Virus record (IMG/VR): IMGVR_UViG_2731957577_000001
Location: 96,001 to 160,000 of that record
Reading direction: 5' to 3' (one strand)
Source of the DNA: a virus
Lineage: Duplodnaviria > Caudoviricetes
DNA length: 64,000 bases
Below the pieces are notes generated by a model that had not been told where the DNA came from, made no database searches, and saw nothing but the letters and a program-made list of their open reading frames with translations. Shown piece by piece: positions 1-9,928 of this stretch. The position numbers and the translations under genes are program-made. How positions within the stretch are numbered: position 1 is the first letter of the stretch; each line of letters begins with the position of its first letter.

Positions 1-25
1 CTTTTTTTATGCCCAGAAAAACACC

Positions 26-275
26 TTCCACGAGAAAAAATACCCCCTCCGTAATACGGACCCTCTATTTTTTCTGGTGTAACCCGTATCTCTTCTGGAG
101 GAACCCCTATTCCGTATCACATAAGGTCCATTTCACCGTGCGGAAGGTAGATTCTTTCTCACAGACGGTGGAATCCGTGAAACGGAAGCATTGGTTCCTT
201 GATGCGGAAGGGCACATTCCACCACAAAGAAACCCACCTTCCGTCACAAGGAAAGCAGGCTTACATACGGCGGAG
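26..275. repeat. Phased array of 12 degenerate palindromes (consensus TTCCGT-N3-ACGGAA), period 21-22 bp
   Basis: Units start at 26, 47, 68, 89, 110, 131, 152, 173, 195, 217, 239 and 261, e.g. CTCCGTAATACGGAC, ATCCGTGAAACGGAA, TTCCTTGATGCGGAA, TTCCGTCACAAGGAA. Confidence 0.7.
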
Positions 276-330
276 ACAAAAGAATAGATCTTTGAATCAG
301 ATCCAATAAACAATTCTCCTCCTACTCCTA

Positions 331-660
331 CTATATAGGGGAGACGGAGCTTTGAACCTGCACATTCTCAGGAAACTCCATCGCGAGGTTCTCGAGTCCA
401 TGAAGAAGACATCGAAGCAGGAGCTGAACCTGATCCGACTGAAGGAGCGGAGGAAGGTCCACCTGAAGATACCCAGGTCTGGACTTCACTCTGATGTCGA
501 CGCCGAGCAATTCCCGGATGGAACTCACCGTGTTCCTCGACAGTACAGACACCGCAGCACACACGATGTCCGTTCCCGGATCGCCAAAATTGGCGTGCCC
601 GTGGATCTCTACCCTTTCGATCTTCCCTGTAAAATCTCTACCCACCACCACCCTAATCAT
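331..660 (-). CDS. prp: Prp/YsxB-family ribosomal-processing cysteine protease
   Basis: 109 aa with the GHA...DIVCAAVS His/Cys catalytic motif. Confidence 0.88.
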   Translation of the reverse strand: MIRVVVGRDFTGKIERVEIHGHANFGDPGTDIVCAAVSVLSRNTVSSIRELLGVDIRVKSRPGYLQVDLPPLLQSDQVQLLLRCLLHGLENLAMEFPENVQVQSSVSPI

Positions 661-1325
661 TGGGCTTTCACCAAGTTGCCGTTTTGCTCTGCCTTTAAGG
701 TCACCGGTTCAGCCACCATTTCCGAGTTGGCCATCTGGAACGCTTTCACCATCAGGTCATACTTTTCCTTGAGTTCGCGATAATCCTTGACGAGCGATTG
801 ATACAAAGGATGATCTTTCACTCCCTCATCGGAAATCTCGCGAGCCTCTGTCTCTAATTCATAGATCCGCTGTGCCTGTGCCTTGATCGTCTCTTCAAGC
901 ACACGCTGCTGTTCAAAGAGTGCCTTTACGTGACGCTCGGATGCCTTATACATTCCCTCGAGCTTTTGATTGCGTTGCTGCAATTTCTTGGTGTCCTGGT
1001 CCACCTGTCGCAGGGCACGAATAATACCGGCCAGATCCATAAACGGGGTTTGTGAAAGATCCTCCGTGGTCTCCTTAGAATCATTCACGACATGGATGGG
1101 CATGACTTCAGCCATCTCGGTCTCTCTGCGCTTCCGACGGCGCCGCATTTGATTGAAGTGCTGACGAATAGAAACCGGTGTGCGCTTGAGCCGCTCACTC
1201 GCCTCCGAGAAGATTTCGGCATCATCGATGCCTAGCAAGCTCTGCTCCTGGACAAACTCCTCCAACCAGCGCTCCTCATCTTCCGTCCAGCGCGCATTCT
1301 TGTTGATGGGATACACGTTCGCCAT
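657..1325 (-). CDS. RsfA-like transcription regulator (Myb-like N-terminus plus coiled coil)
   Basis: WTEDEE...F..AS..LKRT N-terminus, long coiled coil, C-terminal LKAEQNGNL resembling the RsfA family. Confidence 0.65.
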   Translation of the reverse strand: MANVYPINKNARWTEDEERWLEEFVQEQSLLGIDDAEIFSEASERLKRTPVSIRQHFNQMRRRRKRRETEMAEVMPIHVVNDSKETTEDLSQTPFMDLAGIIRALRQVDQDTKKLQQRNQKLEGMYKASERHVKALFEQQRVLEETIKAQAQRIYELETEAREISDEGVKDHPLYQSLVKDYRELKEKYDLMVKAFQMANSEMVAEPVTLKAEQNGNLVKAQ

Positions 1326-1665
1326 GCCTCAATCTCTCCTCTTCTTGCTGAAGATATGAAATCGCAGCATCGAGCCCGCGTTTGTCCGTTTGGGTTTGCC
1401 ACCAGGTGTACAGAGGCATCCAGTCTTCCAAATCCCAGACCAACACCAAATGCTGATAGTGATACAGACTCAACACAGGCTGACTGAGGTATCGGCCAGG
1501 TAACGCCTTCCATTTGCGTTTACGCGGCTCGAACCCTTTGAAGAATCGGTCAATCGCTTCATGCAGCTGTTGCAGTTTTTTCACCGCGGAACACCCCGCA
1601 CAGGTTCCCTCGATTTGACCCTTGCCTCCTGTGCTTTTCACACCCAAGAGCGATGCCCCAAGCAC
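1276..1665 (-). CDS. Hypothetical protein (start and frame uncertain)
   Basis: ORF within the minus-strand operon. Confidence 0.4.
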   Translation of the reverse strand: MLGASLLGVKSTGGKGQIEGTCAGCSAVKKLQQLHEAIDRFFKGFEPRKRKWKALPGRYLSQPVLSLYHYQHLVLVWDLEDWMPLYTWWQTQTDKRGLDAAISYLQQEEERLRHGERVSHQQECALDGR

Positions 1666-1688
1666 AGGAGACAGAGGCCTTCTGTGAG

Positions 1689-1910
1689 TTACCTTGCATC
1701 CACATGCTCCTGGATGAAACGTCGAAAGAGCGGATTTTGAGTCTGAATCAGCCAGCGCACGTACGCAACATTCTCCCGTCCGTAGGCGCCTTTTCGTTCC
1801 CGTGCGGGAACTTCTTGTTCAAATTGCGCCCACAGTTTCCGGTGTTCATCGGGATACGCATCGGCAAAGGCGTTCGTAGCAAAGATGGCCCGTTGGAACT
1901 CTAAATTCAT
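1689..1910 (-). CDS. Hypothetical protein
   Basis: ATGA overlap with the upstream gene, with RBS. Confidence 0.7.
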   Translation of the reverse strand: MNLEFQRAIFATNAFADAYPDEHRKLWAQFEQEVPARERKGAYGRENVAYVRWLIQTQNPLFRRFIQEHVDAR

Positions 1911-2338
1911 GCTGCTGTCTCCTCGCTGTTCGGATCAAAAAGCCAAAGCTGACTCTCGGTTACAGTCGTATTCCATCGGTAAGCCAGCCGGCCGTTTTCC
2001 ACGACGTAGAGCATCGATCCGATCCGGTACTGGCCATCCTCCAATGCCACTTCATCACCAATGAAACACCCCTCAAAATCCACCGGATTGCCGTCCAACC
2101 CCATCGGGGGTTCGTACAAGGGAGTCACCTTCACCTCGTCGACGTCCACCTCGACCCACACAGAAACCCCAATGGTCAACTCGTACGTCTGACCACATCG
2201 AGGGCATTCGTAGCGACGAGAGTCTTTCAAGCTCTCCACGTTGAACTCAGCTTCTTCCACCAGTTCGGACTCAAGATCCGTTTCAATTTCCTCTCCGCAT
2301 GTGCAGACGATCCGCTTCCTATGGTACTGTGCCTCCAT
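1907..2338 (-). CDS. Zn-ribbon protein
   Basis: CxC...CPxCG motifs, GGAGG RBS, QLWLF near the C-terminus. Confidence 0.7.
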   Translation of the reverse strand: MEAQYHRKRIVCTCGEEIETDLESELVEEAEFNVESLKDSRRYECPRCGQTYELTIGVSVWVEVDVDEVKVTPLYEPPMGLDGNPVDFEGCFIGDEVALEDGQYRIGSMLYVVENGRLAYRWNTTVTESQLWLFDPNSEETAA

Positions 2339-2349
2339 GTTTAGTCCTC

Positions 2350-2535
2350 CTAGCCAACGGCAATGACATCAAACGCATCACCGAGTTTCTCTCGAATCTC
2401 ATCAGGAGTCGCTTCGACGACCGCCATCAAATGGTCATTGACCGAGATGACCTCAACCTTTTGTTTCAACGCATCGACCTGAGATGTATCCTCTAACTGA
2501 ATGAAATAGACAGCCACAACATCGACCTCCTTCAA
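2350..2535 (-). CDS. Hypothetical protein
   Basis: Short ORF directly downstream of the promoter at 2570-2598. Confidence 0.55.
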   Translation of the reverse strand: MKEVDVVAVYFIQLEDTSQVDALKQKVEVISVNDHLMAVVEATPDEIREKLGDAFDVIAVG

Positions 2536-2548
2536 GGATCATAGGCCG

Positions 2549-2598
2549 TGTAATGCATTACACAATCAAGTATAATACACAAAACACGGCCTCTCAAT
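2549..2598 (-). promoter_or_regulatory. Sigma-A promoter followed by a perfect palindromic operator TGTAATGCATTACA
   Basis: Minus strand reads TTGAGA-N17-TATACT, then the palindrome at 2549-2562. Confidence 0.7.
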
Positions 2599-2612
2599 GG
2601 AAAAGCTGTGCG

Positions 2613-3971
2613 TTATGCGTTCGTTTCGCCTTCAACCGCTTCAGATTCGCCCGAACCGTTCTCCTGCGCCTGTTCCGCCGCGGCAGCTACATCCTCGGCA
2701 AACGGGTCTACTTCGGCTTCCGGTGGATTGAAGTCCTCGATCACGACACTATCCTTCATGTACGTGGTACGGATCGGGGTCACCAAGTCCAGATCCGACG
2801 AGCTGGTACCGGACACCCGAATCACAAACGGCGTCTTCGGAGACGTGAAGCAAAGCACAACCTGTTCCTCCGGAGAGATGGCGCCAAGCATGTCGAGGAG
2901 ATACGCAACGTTAAAGCTCGTTCCGATGTCCTTGCCCTCGGAAGACAGAGGCCGAATGTCTTCCTGGAACTTGCCATACTGGGTCGGATCGGACAGGAAC
3001 CGAACTTGGCCGTTCTTCGCGTCGACCAAGATATGAGCTGTTGTCACGCCCACATCATTCGCATACAAGGTCGCGCGACTCAGCAACTCCCTCAGCTCGC
3101 CGGCGCGAAACTGAATCTTAGTGCTGAAGTCAGGTGGAATGATCCGGTCGGTATCCGGGTATTGATCGTGCAACGTGCGAGTATAGATCGTGGTGTCGTC
3201 CAACTCATACAACACATAGCTCTTATCGAACCGGATTGTCACCATATCAACGTCCTTCAGGTGTTTCACTACTTCGTTAATGGAATCGGCCGGAATCACA
3301 TGGTTGCCATCCTCCACCTCACCGGTCAGTTGATACGACTGCTGCGCAAGACGGTGAGAATCGCATCCAATGGTCCGGAATATGCCGTCCTTGACGATGT
3401 GGTTCACGCCCGTCAGAACCGGCCGCGTCTCCGATTTGGATGTCGCATAGACAGTGCGGCGATACATCGTTGCCAGAACCGCGGACGGAACGGAGAACGA
3501 TAGCTGTCCATTGACCGACGGCAGCTTGGGATACTGGTCAAGGTGCAGACCCGCCAGAGACATCTTGGCGCCCTTGAACTTGATGAGCGTCTGAAGTTTG
3601 TTGAACTCGATGGTCACATGCTTTCCAGTAACACGGTTCACCAGGTCGACGAACTTACGACCCGGGAAGATAAGGCCGCCACCCTCTCCCTGAACGCGGA
3701 ACGACTCCATATCCGTGATGACGGTCTTCGTATAGAAGTTGCTGTTTCCGCCGATCAGCGTGATCTTGTTGTCCTCAACCTGAAAGTAAATGCCCTGGAG
3801 CGCCTGGGAGGGCGAGTTCTTTGACACCGAGTTTCCGACCTTACGAACCGCCTCACGTAACACTTCGCTCTTGATGGTCAGTGTGAACACCTGATTGGTC
3901 GTAAAGACCTGCTTCTCGGCCTCCTTCTCCAGTTCAACCGCCTTCTTCAGGTCAGCTTCTGCAAGCGCCAT
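2613..3971 (-). CDS. dnaN: DNA polymerase III beta sliding clamp
   Basis: TVYATSKSETRPVLTGV, GCDSHRLA, YPDTDRIIP and FNVAYLLD motifs, with an acidic tail. Confidence 0.93.
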   Translation of the reverse strand: MALAEADLKKAVELEKEAEKQVFTTNQVFTLTIKSEVLREAVRKVGNSVSKNSPSQALQGIYFQVEDNKITLIGGNSNFYTKTVITDMESFRVQGEGGGLIFPGRKFVDLVNRVTGKHVTIEFNKLQTLIKFKGAKMSLAGLHLDQYPKLPSVNGQLSFSVPSAVLATMYRRTVYATSKSETRPVLTGVNHIVKDGIFRTIGCDSHRLAQQSYQLTGEVEDGNHVIPADSINEVVKHLKDVDMVTIRFDKSYVLYELDDTTIYTRTLHDQYPDTDRIIPPDFSTKIQFRAGELRELLSRATLYANDVGVTTAHILVDAKNGQVRFLSDPTQYGKFQEDIRPLSSEGKDIGTSFNVAYLLDMLGAISPEEQVVLCFTSPKTPFVIRVSGTSSSDLDLVTPIRTTYMKDSVVIEDFNPPEAEVDPFAEDVAAAAEQAQENGSGESEAVEGETNA

Positions 3972-3995
3972 GATACATTCCTCCTCTTTTTAATT

Positions 3996-4017
3996 CCCTA
4001 AAATTCGGCGACAGCCG
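3996..4017 (-). promoter_or_regulatory. Hairpin element (candidate phage-RNAP promoter) upstream of dnaN
   Basis: Plus strand: CCCTAAAATT-CGGC-GACA-GCCG. Confidence 0.55.
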
Positions 4018-4020
4018 GCT

Positions 4021-4383
4021 TTAAGCCGTAACGGATTTGCGTTCGAGTTTCTGGATGGCGATGACTAACTGGACATCGAGTTCCTCCATCGTCTCCTCAT
4101 CGTAGATGGGCATACCCAACTTGGAGGCCACAAGGATCTCGAGTCTTGCGCCTTTTGAATCAAGCCAGTTCGGAAGGACCACCACTGCATCGGCATCCAA
4201 CATGGCCTTGATATCCCTACGCAGGTAATCCTCCCACGACCAACCCTCGACATAACCGAGCCGCGCGGGATTGATGACCTCATATCCCTTCTCATTCAGC
4301 CGTTCCTCAGCGGCGAAAAAGGCCTCATAGTTGTAGTTCTCCATTCCAGACATCGGGCCGCTGATGTAAATCTTCGTTGCCAT
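4021..4383 (-). CDS. DUF4406-family nucleoside deoxyribosyltransferase-like protein
   Basis: Start at MATKIYISGPMSG; NPA...W..Y...DI..M..AD...LP.W..SKGA.LE pattern. Confidence 0.82.
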   Translation of the reverse strand: MATKIYISGPMSGMENYNYEAFFAAEERLNEKGYEVINPARLGYVEGWSWEDYLRRDIKAMLDADAVVVLPNWLDSKGARLEILVASKLGMPIYDEETMEELDVQLVIAIQKLERKSVTA

Positions 4384-4409
4384 ACAAATACCCCTCAAGC
4401 AGAAGTTTT

Positions 4410-4697
4410 TTATCTCCAGGGGAGCGCGCCTGAAAGCAAGACGCTTGTCTCCACCTGTCCATCCCATTCTTTCGGGATCGTGACTTGGCCAGACTTCACA
4501 TCCACGATGATCGGATACTGATTGTCGGTGGAGTATGCAAATGTGCGAAGCCGACCTGTCTGCGGATCGTACTCCATCGAGGCCAACATCATGCCATCGA
4601 CCATGATCGCCACACCCGGACAAGGATCATCTGGGTATCTCATGACTTCAATCGTCCCAAGCGGAGTCTTCACCGGCTCCAACATCATCCCTCCCAT
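4410..4697 (-). CDS. Hypothetical protein
   Basis: ORF with RBS within the operon. Confidence 0.65.
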   Translation of the reverse strand: MGGMMLEPVKTPLGTIEVMRYPDDPCPGVAIMVDGMMLASMEYDPQTGRLRTFAYSTDNQYPIIVDVKSGQVTIPKEWDGQVETSVLLSGALPWR

Positions 4698-4700
4698 CCG

Positions 4701-5570
4701 TCAGCTCAAGATCAGCTCAAGCTGGCCTTGGGCTACTTTACGACTGTTGTCCGCAATCTTCATCGGAGGGTCATATGGATCGAACCCACCGAGGCCATCC
4801 GGCATCAAGGCGTACCAGGGCGCATACCAGAACATCTGGATCTTGCAAAGTTTGACCGCGACCAGATTCATGTCCACCGCATAGGCCCGAAGGATGTAAT
4901 TACTCTGCGGAAGAAGCATGGCACCGCACCCTACACTTGGTTCACAGGTAGTCTTTCTCTTGAGTGCCTCCGGGTCTTCCCCGCCCACCAACATCTTTGT
5001 CATCATCACGCACAGATGAAATGGAGTGGGAAAGTACCCGAGGGCGCCCCGGTATCCCCGACCCATTTCGTCACACAAGATTTGACTCATGTAGTCGGTC
5101 GGGTTATCCAGAACCAGAAACAGATCAAACATCCGGTAGTAATGCTCATTCAGTTCAGATGAGATGTCCGGCGGAGAGTTTCTGGCACCAAAACCCCAAA
5201 GCAACCAATCTGCAAACTTCTCAATATTGGACTCCCATCGATAATCCTCTAAGCACTTGGTAAGCATCTTATGGGTGGCGGCCACGCCCGAACTCCCTCG
5301 ATCTGCCCACTGGATTTGAGGAATCGGGCCGCTATCCGCAATCGTGCCTTTGGCTACGATGTCGAGCCACCAATTCCACCGACCCCAGAGCAGCTGGTCA
5401 TACGCAAGCAGGAATGGGAGCAACCAACCCTTCTTCTCGAAGACCTCGTTGGCGTTTTTCGGCGCGCCACCCATTGCGCTGGCACATTCGAAGAACGTGC
5501 TGTGCATCTCCAAGAGCTTTTCAGGATCGAATCGCTCAACGCGGTATAAGCTCGTTGATTTCTTCTTCAT
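4701..5570 (-). CDS. N6-adenine DNA methyltransferase-like protein (SAM-binding half only)
   Basis: GYFPTP and EPSVGCGAML motifs; no NPPY-type motif before the stop. Confidence 0.65.
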   Translation of the reverse strand: MKKKSTSLYRVERFDPEKLLEMHSTFFECASAMGGAPKNANEVFEKKGWLLPFLLAYDQLLWGRWNWWLDIVAKGTIADSGPIPQIQWADRGSSGVAATHKMLTKCLEDYRWESNIEKFADWLLWGFGARNSPPDISSELNEHYYRMFDLFLVLDNPTDYMSQILCDEMGRGYRGALGYFPTPFHLCVMMTKMLVGGEDPEALKRKTTCEPSVGCGAMLLPQSNYILRAYAVDMNLVAVKLCKIQMFWYAPWYALMPDGLGGFDPYDPPMKIADNSRKVAQGQLELILS

Positions 5571-6006
5571 CGTCTTCGTCCTCACCACAATGCACAATGA
5601 ACGAGTCAGGGACATACTCTCCATCGGGAAGCGCGCTCCACTTATACGCCTTCAGAACGGCTTCCTCCAGGCATTCAGCCTCAACCTTAACAACCCCGGA
5701 CATCGTCCAGCTTACAGGCAATCGATATGTCTTAGTGGTCCGATTCCCACGAAAGACCAGGCTCGGAGCGTCCTCTGAACTGCCGGGACGTTCCTCGAAG
5801 TCGGCTTCATTGAAGCTGTAGACTTGAGTGCCGATCCCATCATCCAAGATTTCAAATACGCGCGCGTCGTCCGTCTCGGGATCAAAATCTTTCCAAACCA
5901 CTTGAGCCAATGAGAGTCTTGCTTCCTCAAGGGTCGGCTTGGACCACAAATCCTCCACAATTCCACCGTTGGACACGATGCACACATACCTGGAAACAAT
6001 GTTCAT
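5536..6006 (-). CDS. Acidic hypothetical protein
   Basis: Start MNIVSRY after an AAAGGAG RBS. Confidence 0.6.
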   Translation of the reverse strand: MNIVSRYVCIVSNGGIVEDLWSKPTLEEARLSLAQVVWKDFDPETDDARVFEILDDGIGTQVYSFNEADFEERPGSSEDAPSLVFRGNRTTKTYRLPVSWTMSGVVKVEAECLEEAVLKAYKWSALPDGEYVPDSFIVHCGEDEDDEEEINELIPR

Positions 6007-6413
6007 CGATAAACTCCTTTCCAATAGATCGGATTGGCCAACAGATTCTGTAGGCATGTCGTAAATCCCGTGAAAATAAGTAGCTTTGGAAGAAAATCCA
6101 GTTCATCGAGGTCATACCAATCAAGAACCATCGGAAATACTCCTCTCCCCTCCGTCGATGCGGCGTTTGAGCCAAGAAAACGTGATTTTGAGGCGGCGGA
6201 ACACAAACGCAATCCCTTGAGTGGCCTCACCCCGATGATGAATGATCCCAAACCAATGGATGGCTCGGCCGGTATTGGTACGCCAAGAGTCGCCCTTGTG
6301 TTTCGCCCACGCCACGTATACCCCGTATCCCGCGAAGGCCAATCCACGCGCGGAGTAATCAGGGTCATCATGACGAATCCGAATCAACCATCTCACCACC
6401 AAACCGCCGGCGC

Positions 6414-8693
6414 TCAGAAGAGCGCCAGCTCGTATTGGCCTTCGGCGACAAGCTCTTTCTTGCGCTTGCCCTTGTTGTAAGACGCTGCGTCTTGCACCAG
6501 CGTGAACATCTCCTCGACATGGGCCAGATAATCGGCCAAGTCGAGGGCAGATATCCGGCCGGCGGCCACATCCTCTTGCATCTGCTTGACGATGCCTTGC
6601 TGGATGCGACGGACTTCCTCGATACCCAGCGGGTTCATATCGTACCCGTCATAGCCTTCAAACGTCGCATTCTGCAGCTCCTCATACGTCGCATTGATTC
6701 GCTGCCAGCGGCTCTCGATGGAACTGACATCATCCAGCGTGCCTTCGTTGACGAGTTTCTTGGCCAACGCGGTGATGCCCTCACCACTATCCGCCATCGC
6801 CCGCAAGCCTTCCTCAGAGAACTTGCCTTGCAGCGCCAATGCGGCGTCAATCTTGCGAGCAATGTGTTCCAAAACATTGGCCTGGATAGTATCTCGATAA
6901 ACCATCGTGTAGACCTCGACCGGTTGCGTCTGCTTGATCCGCCAGGAGCGGCGGCTGGACTGCATGTAGTTATAGGTGGAGTAATCCATCTGGTAGTAGA
7001 TGATGGTCGGGAACATGAGCAAGTCGAGACCCACGGACACCAGGCGCGGGTTGGTAATCAGAACATCCCAATCATGCTTCTCCATCATCTCATGCAGCCA
7101 GGCTTCCCGGTCCTCTTGCTTCGGCATCTGGATACCGTCATAGACACCAGAGGCCTTTAGGATCCCGACATTGTATCCATCCGCCTTGAGTTTCTCGTAC
7201 AGGTACGTGTCGACGCCATTGGATCCTGTGAACCGGCAATACACCAACACCTTTCGACCGCGACGGTGAATCTCATCGTCGAGCTTCAAGGTCAACTCAT
7301 GGTACTTGGTCGGAATAAACGTGGACGGATCGAAGTTCGTAGGCACCGTGATCACATGCGTGAGTCCTTCATTATCCTCATACGTGATGGGACCCCAATT
7401 CCACGGTGTATCCGAGTATTGATACAACGTGTTGATGTACGTCGACACATGCCGCATGCCACCGGTCAGGAACAGACTCTGACGCATGATGCTACCGATC
7501 TCGTCTTCCACTTGCTTGTAAGCGGCGAAATGCCTTTCATCCATCTCGACGAAGATGGGCTCTTCTCGATACGGCGGCAAGGCATATCCGAGGTCGGCCA
7601 GTTCCACAAAGGCACAGTTGCTAATCAAGTATCGGGAGAACACATGCGGTGAGACACCCGCACGCTCCCTCATGCCGGACTTCTTTCGGTTCGACAACGG
7701 TCTCCCGTTCCCCAGGTGCTGTTTGTACGAGTGTTCATAGACCCCGTACCGCTCGATGAACAGGGACAAGTCGTTGTAGCTGATGCTCTCCCGAAGCAAA
7801 CGCTTAGGATCCAGACGCGCCAAAAGGTAGAAGATGTCGGACGCCATGCCACCGAGCAACGTCCCGGTCAGCAGGATCTGCTTCTCGGTATGATTGATCA
7901 GCTGGCCAAACGCCTTGGCGCGGTCGGTCTCGCCGCTCTTGTATTCATGAACTTCGTCGGCGATGAGATACTTGAAGAACCCGCGCCGAAGACGCTTATT
8001 GATCATCCATGCCGGAGACACCTTCCGATTCAGGGAGTCTTTCTTGAGGAGCGCAGGCCGCCACAAGACAAACCCACATTCCTGCTCATGTTTCGACGGA
8101 TCCTTGACCATGTGCTTAGGTAAGTCCGCCGTGCGAACCCGATTGCGGCACACATAGTTCTCGGCCTTCATCGTGTTCATCCACTTGCCGTTGCGCTTGG
8201 TTTGGAAGAAGTGCTCATCGGCCGGCTCCTTCTTCCGAGCCATGAGCAGGCCGCCACACTGCGGGCAATGAAACCCGGTATCGGTCGTCACGACGGTCTC
8301 TTCTTCCCGACCGGTATTGATGTTGAAATACGGTTCTCTCCGGAACCGAATCCGAGCCTTTTCCCCATTGGCTTTCCGTTCCTTGGCGTCCGCCGCGTTA
8401 TACCGCCAATCTTGAATCGGCTCCATCGGATACGTCGCCTTTGCCACATCGGAGGACATGACCCAATACTCAATCTCACTGGGCCGATAGGGCATCTTCT
8501 CCATCTTCAAGACGTTTCGCCATGAGGTGATTTCATATACCTTGGCGCCAGGGACACGCTCTTTGATCTCCCGCTTCCACTTCTCGACCATAATACCGGG
8601 AACGAACACCAGCGCCCGGTACGGATCCACCTTGCCCTTTGACATATGCTCGGTGATATAGGGAATGACCGCACCCATCGCGGTCTTGCCTGT
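6414..8693 (-). CDS. SNF2/DEAH-like helicase, exon 2
   Basis: Begins TGKT (second half of Walker A); DEVHE, LLTGT and GLDL...QSSRRSWRI motifs. Confidence 0.9.
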   Translation of the reverse strand, partial: TGKTAMGAVIPYITEHMSKGKVDPYRALVFVPGIMVEKWKREIKERVPGAKVYEITSWRNVLKMEKMPYRPSEIEYWVMSSDVAKATYPMEPIQDWRYNAADAKERKANGEKARIRFRREPYFNINTGREEETVVTTDTGFHCPQCGGLLMARKKEPADEHFFQTKRNGKWMNTMKAENYVCRNRVRTADLPKHMVKDPSKHEQECGFVLWRPALLKKDSLNRKVSPAWMINKRLRRGFFKYLIADEVHEYKSGETDRAKAFGQLINHTEKQILLTGTLLGGMASDIFYLLARLDPKRLLRESISYNDLSLFIERYGVYEHSYKQHLGNGRPLSNRKKSGMRERAGVSPHVFSRYLISNCAFVELADLGYALPPYREEPIFVEMDERHFAAYKQVEDEIGSIMRQSLFLTGGMRHVSTYINTLYQYSDTPWNWGPITYEDNEGLTHVITVPTNFDPSTFIPTKYHELTLKLDDEIHRRGRKVLVYCRFTGSNGVDTYLYEKLKADGYNVGILKASGVYDGIQMPKQEDREAWLHEMMEKHDWDVLITNPRLVSVGLDLLMFPTIIYYQMDYSTYNYMQSSRRSWRIKQTQPVEVYTMVYRDTIQANVLEHIARKIDAALALQGKFSEEGLRAMADSGEGITALAKKLVNEGTLDDVSSIESRWQRINATYEELQNATFEGYDGYDMNPLGIEEVRRIQQGIVKQMQEDVAAGRISALDLADYLAHVEEMFTLVQDAASYNKGKRKKELVAEGQYELALF

Positions 8694-8950
8694 CAGTTGT
8701 GTTACCGTATGGGCTTTTTATCCCATACTTCTAACGGTTCATATTCCCGTTAGCTCAGCATACCTTTTCACCCTCGACTCAACGTTAGGGTGGCGCGGCC
8801 TCGTGGGAGCATTATTCCTGTTACCGGTCAGCTCCTATGCGTTGCCCCTGACTGGGATTTGCCCAGCCTTCGGTTCGGGTCAGCATCTCAGCCTTCCCGC
8901 TTAATTCCGCGCTATTGCCCACTACATTTCTGCAGTGGCGGGCATCATCT
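8694..8950 (-). ncRNA. Group I self-splicing intron (IA-like, 257 nt, no ORF)
   Basis: Removal fuses GEMG|TGKT in frame. The 5' exon ends in U and pairs with intron GCCCG (U-G at the splice site), and the intron ends in G. Helices include P3 GCGCGG/CCGCGC, P7 GCAUA/UAUGC, P8 CACCCU/AGGGUG, plus P9-type hairpins. Confidence 0.9.
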
Positions 8951-9925
8951 ACCCATCTCGCCCACGACGAAGCAATACTTCTCGTCCTTGAGCGTCTTGG
9001 CAACCCCCATCACCACGTCGGCCTGTGGCGGAAAGAGACCCGTGACCCCATTCTTGTTGGCGTGCAGGTTCACGTCATAGAACGCCGGCGAGTGTTTCTC
9101 CTTGGTCGGATCAAATCGAATCTGGCTATTCTCCTGAATCCGATCGCCCAGCGCGCTGGCAAAGTGGCTCAGGTACGTATCGAGAGAGTCGCAATCCTTG
9201 AGAACCGACTGTTCATCAGTCCGGCCATCATCAAGAAGTGCAAAGTCCAGATCCAGAGACTGAATCCCCTCGGTGATGATGTTCTCCAAGTCGCGTTCCG
9301 TAATCTGAAGCAGACCGGCCTTGAGCGGATACTCATTGCCATAGCAATGAACCGTCAGCTTTCGGAAGTAGCCGAGGTCGATGCACTGTTGAACAATGTA
9401 ATCCGCCCACTCTTCCAGCATGGGGGTGTTGTAACGATCATTGAGGATGCGGAAGATCTGCTTCTCAATATCCCCATCCCACGCCAGAATGAGTTCTTCG
9501 GGTGGCCGGCGCGGTTCAAGACCCTGTGCCAATCGCTCATCCTCTTCTCGCTGCCAATCCTGTCGAGCCTTAATGTTCGGCTTGGCACACTTGGCAACGA
9601 CCAACATGTGGGTCAAATCCTCGACCCGAGTTTCAAACACGTCAAACGCATTGCGGTCGGGCATGACGACATCGAAGCAGGTATGGCCCTTTTCGTAGGA
9701 ATTGCCTTCCGCGCGCCGAATTTGGCCGGTCTTAAAGTCGTTCATGAATTCGACGACTTGATGCACCTTGCTGTCGGCACCAATCACGTTGGCTAGATAC
9801 ACAGTGCGATGACGCCGCTGATAATCTACCACGAGCAGATCAATATACGCCTGCGCGCGCTGGTGCCGAGCATACATTTCGAGCAAATAGATCTCGTTGC
9901 TCTGAAAATCCGCCACTTTGAACAC
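8951..9925 (-). CDS. SNF2/DEAH-like helicase, exon 1 (spliced product about 1084 aa)
   Basis: LFPPQ Q-motif and CFVVGEMG (first half of Walker A) at the exon end. Confidence 0.88.
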
Positions 9926-9928
9926 CTC

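Noticed and set aside
8694-8950. Frameshifted or pseudogenised helicase, or a group II intron
   Set aside because: Precise in-frame restoration and group I hallmarks are present; there is no GUGYG 5' end, domain V or RT ORF.
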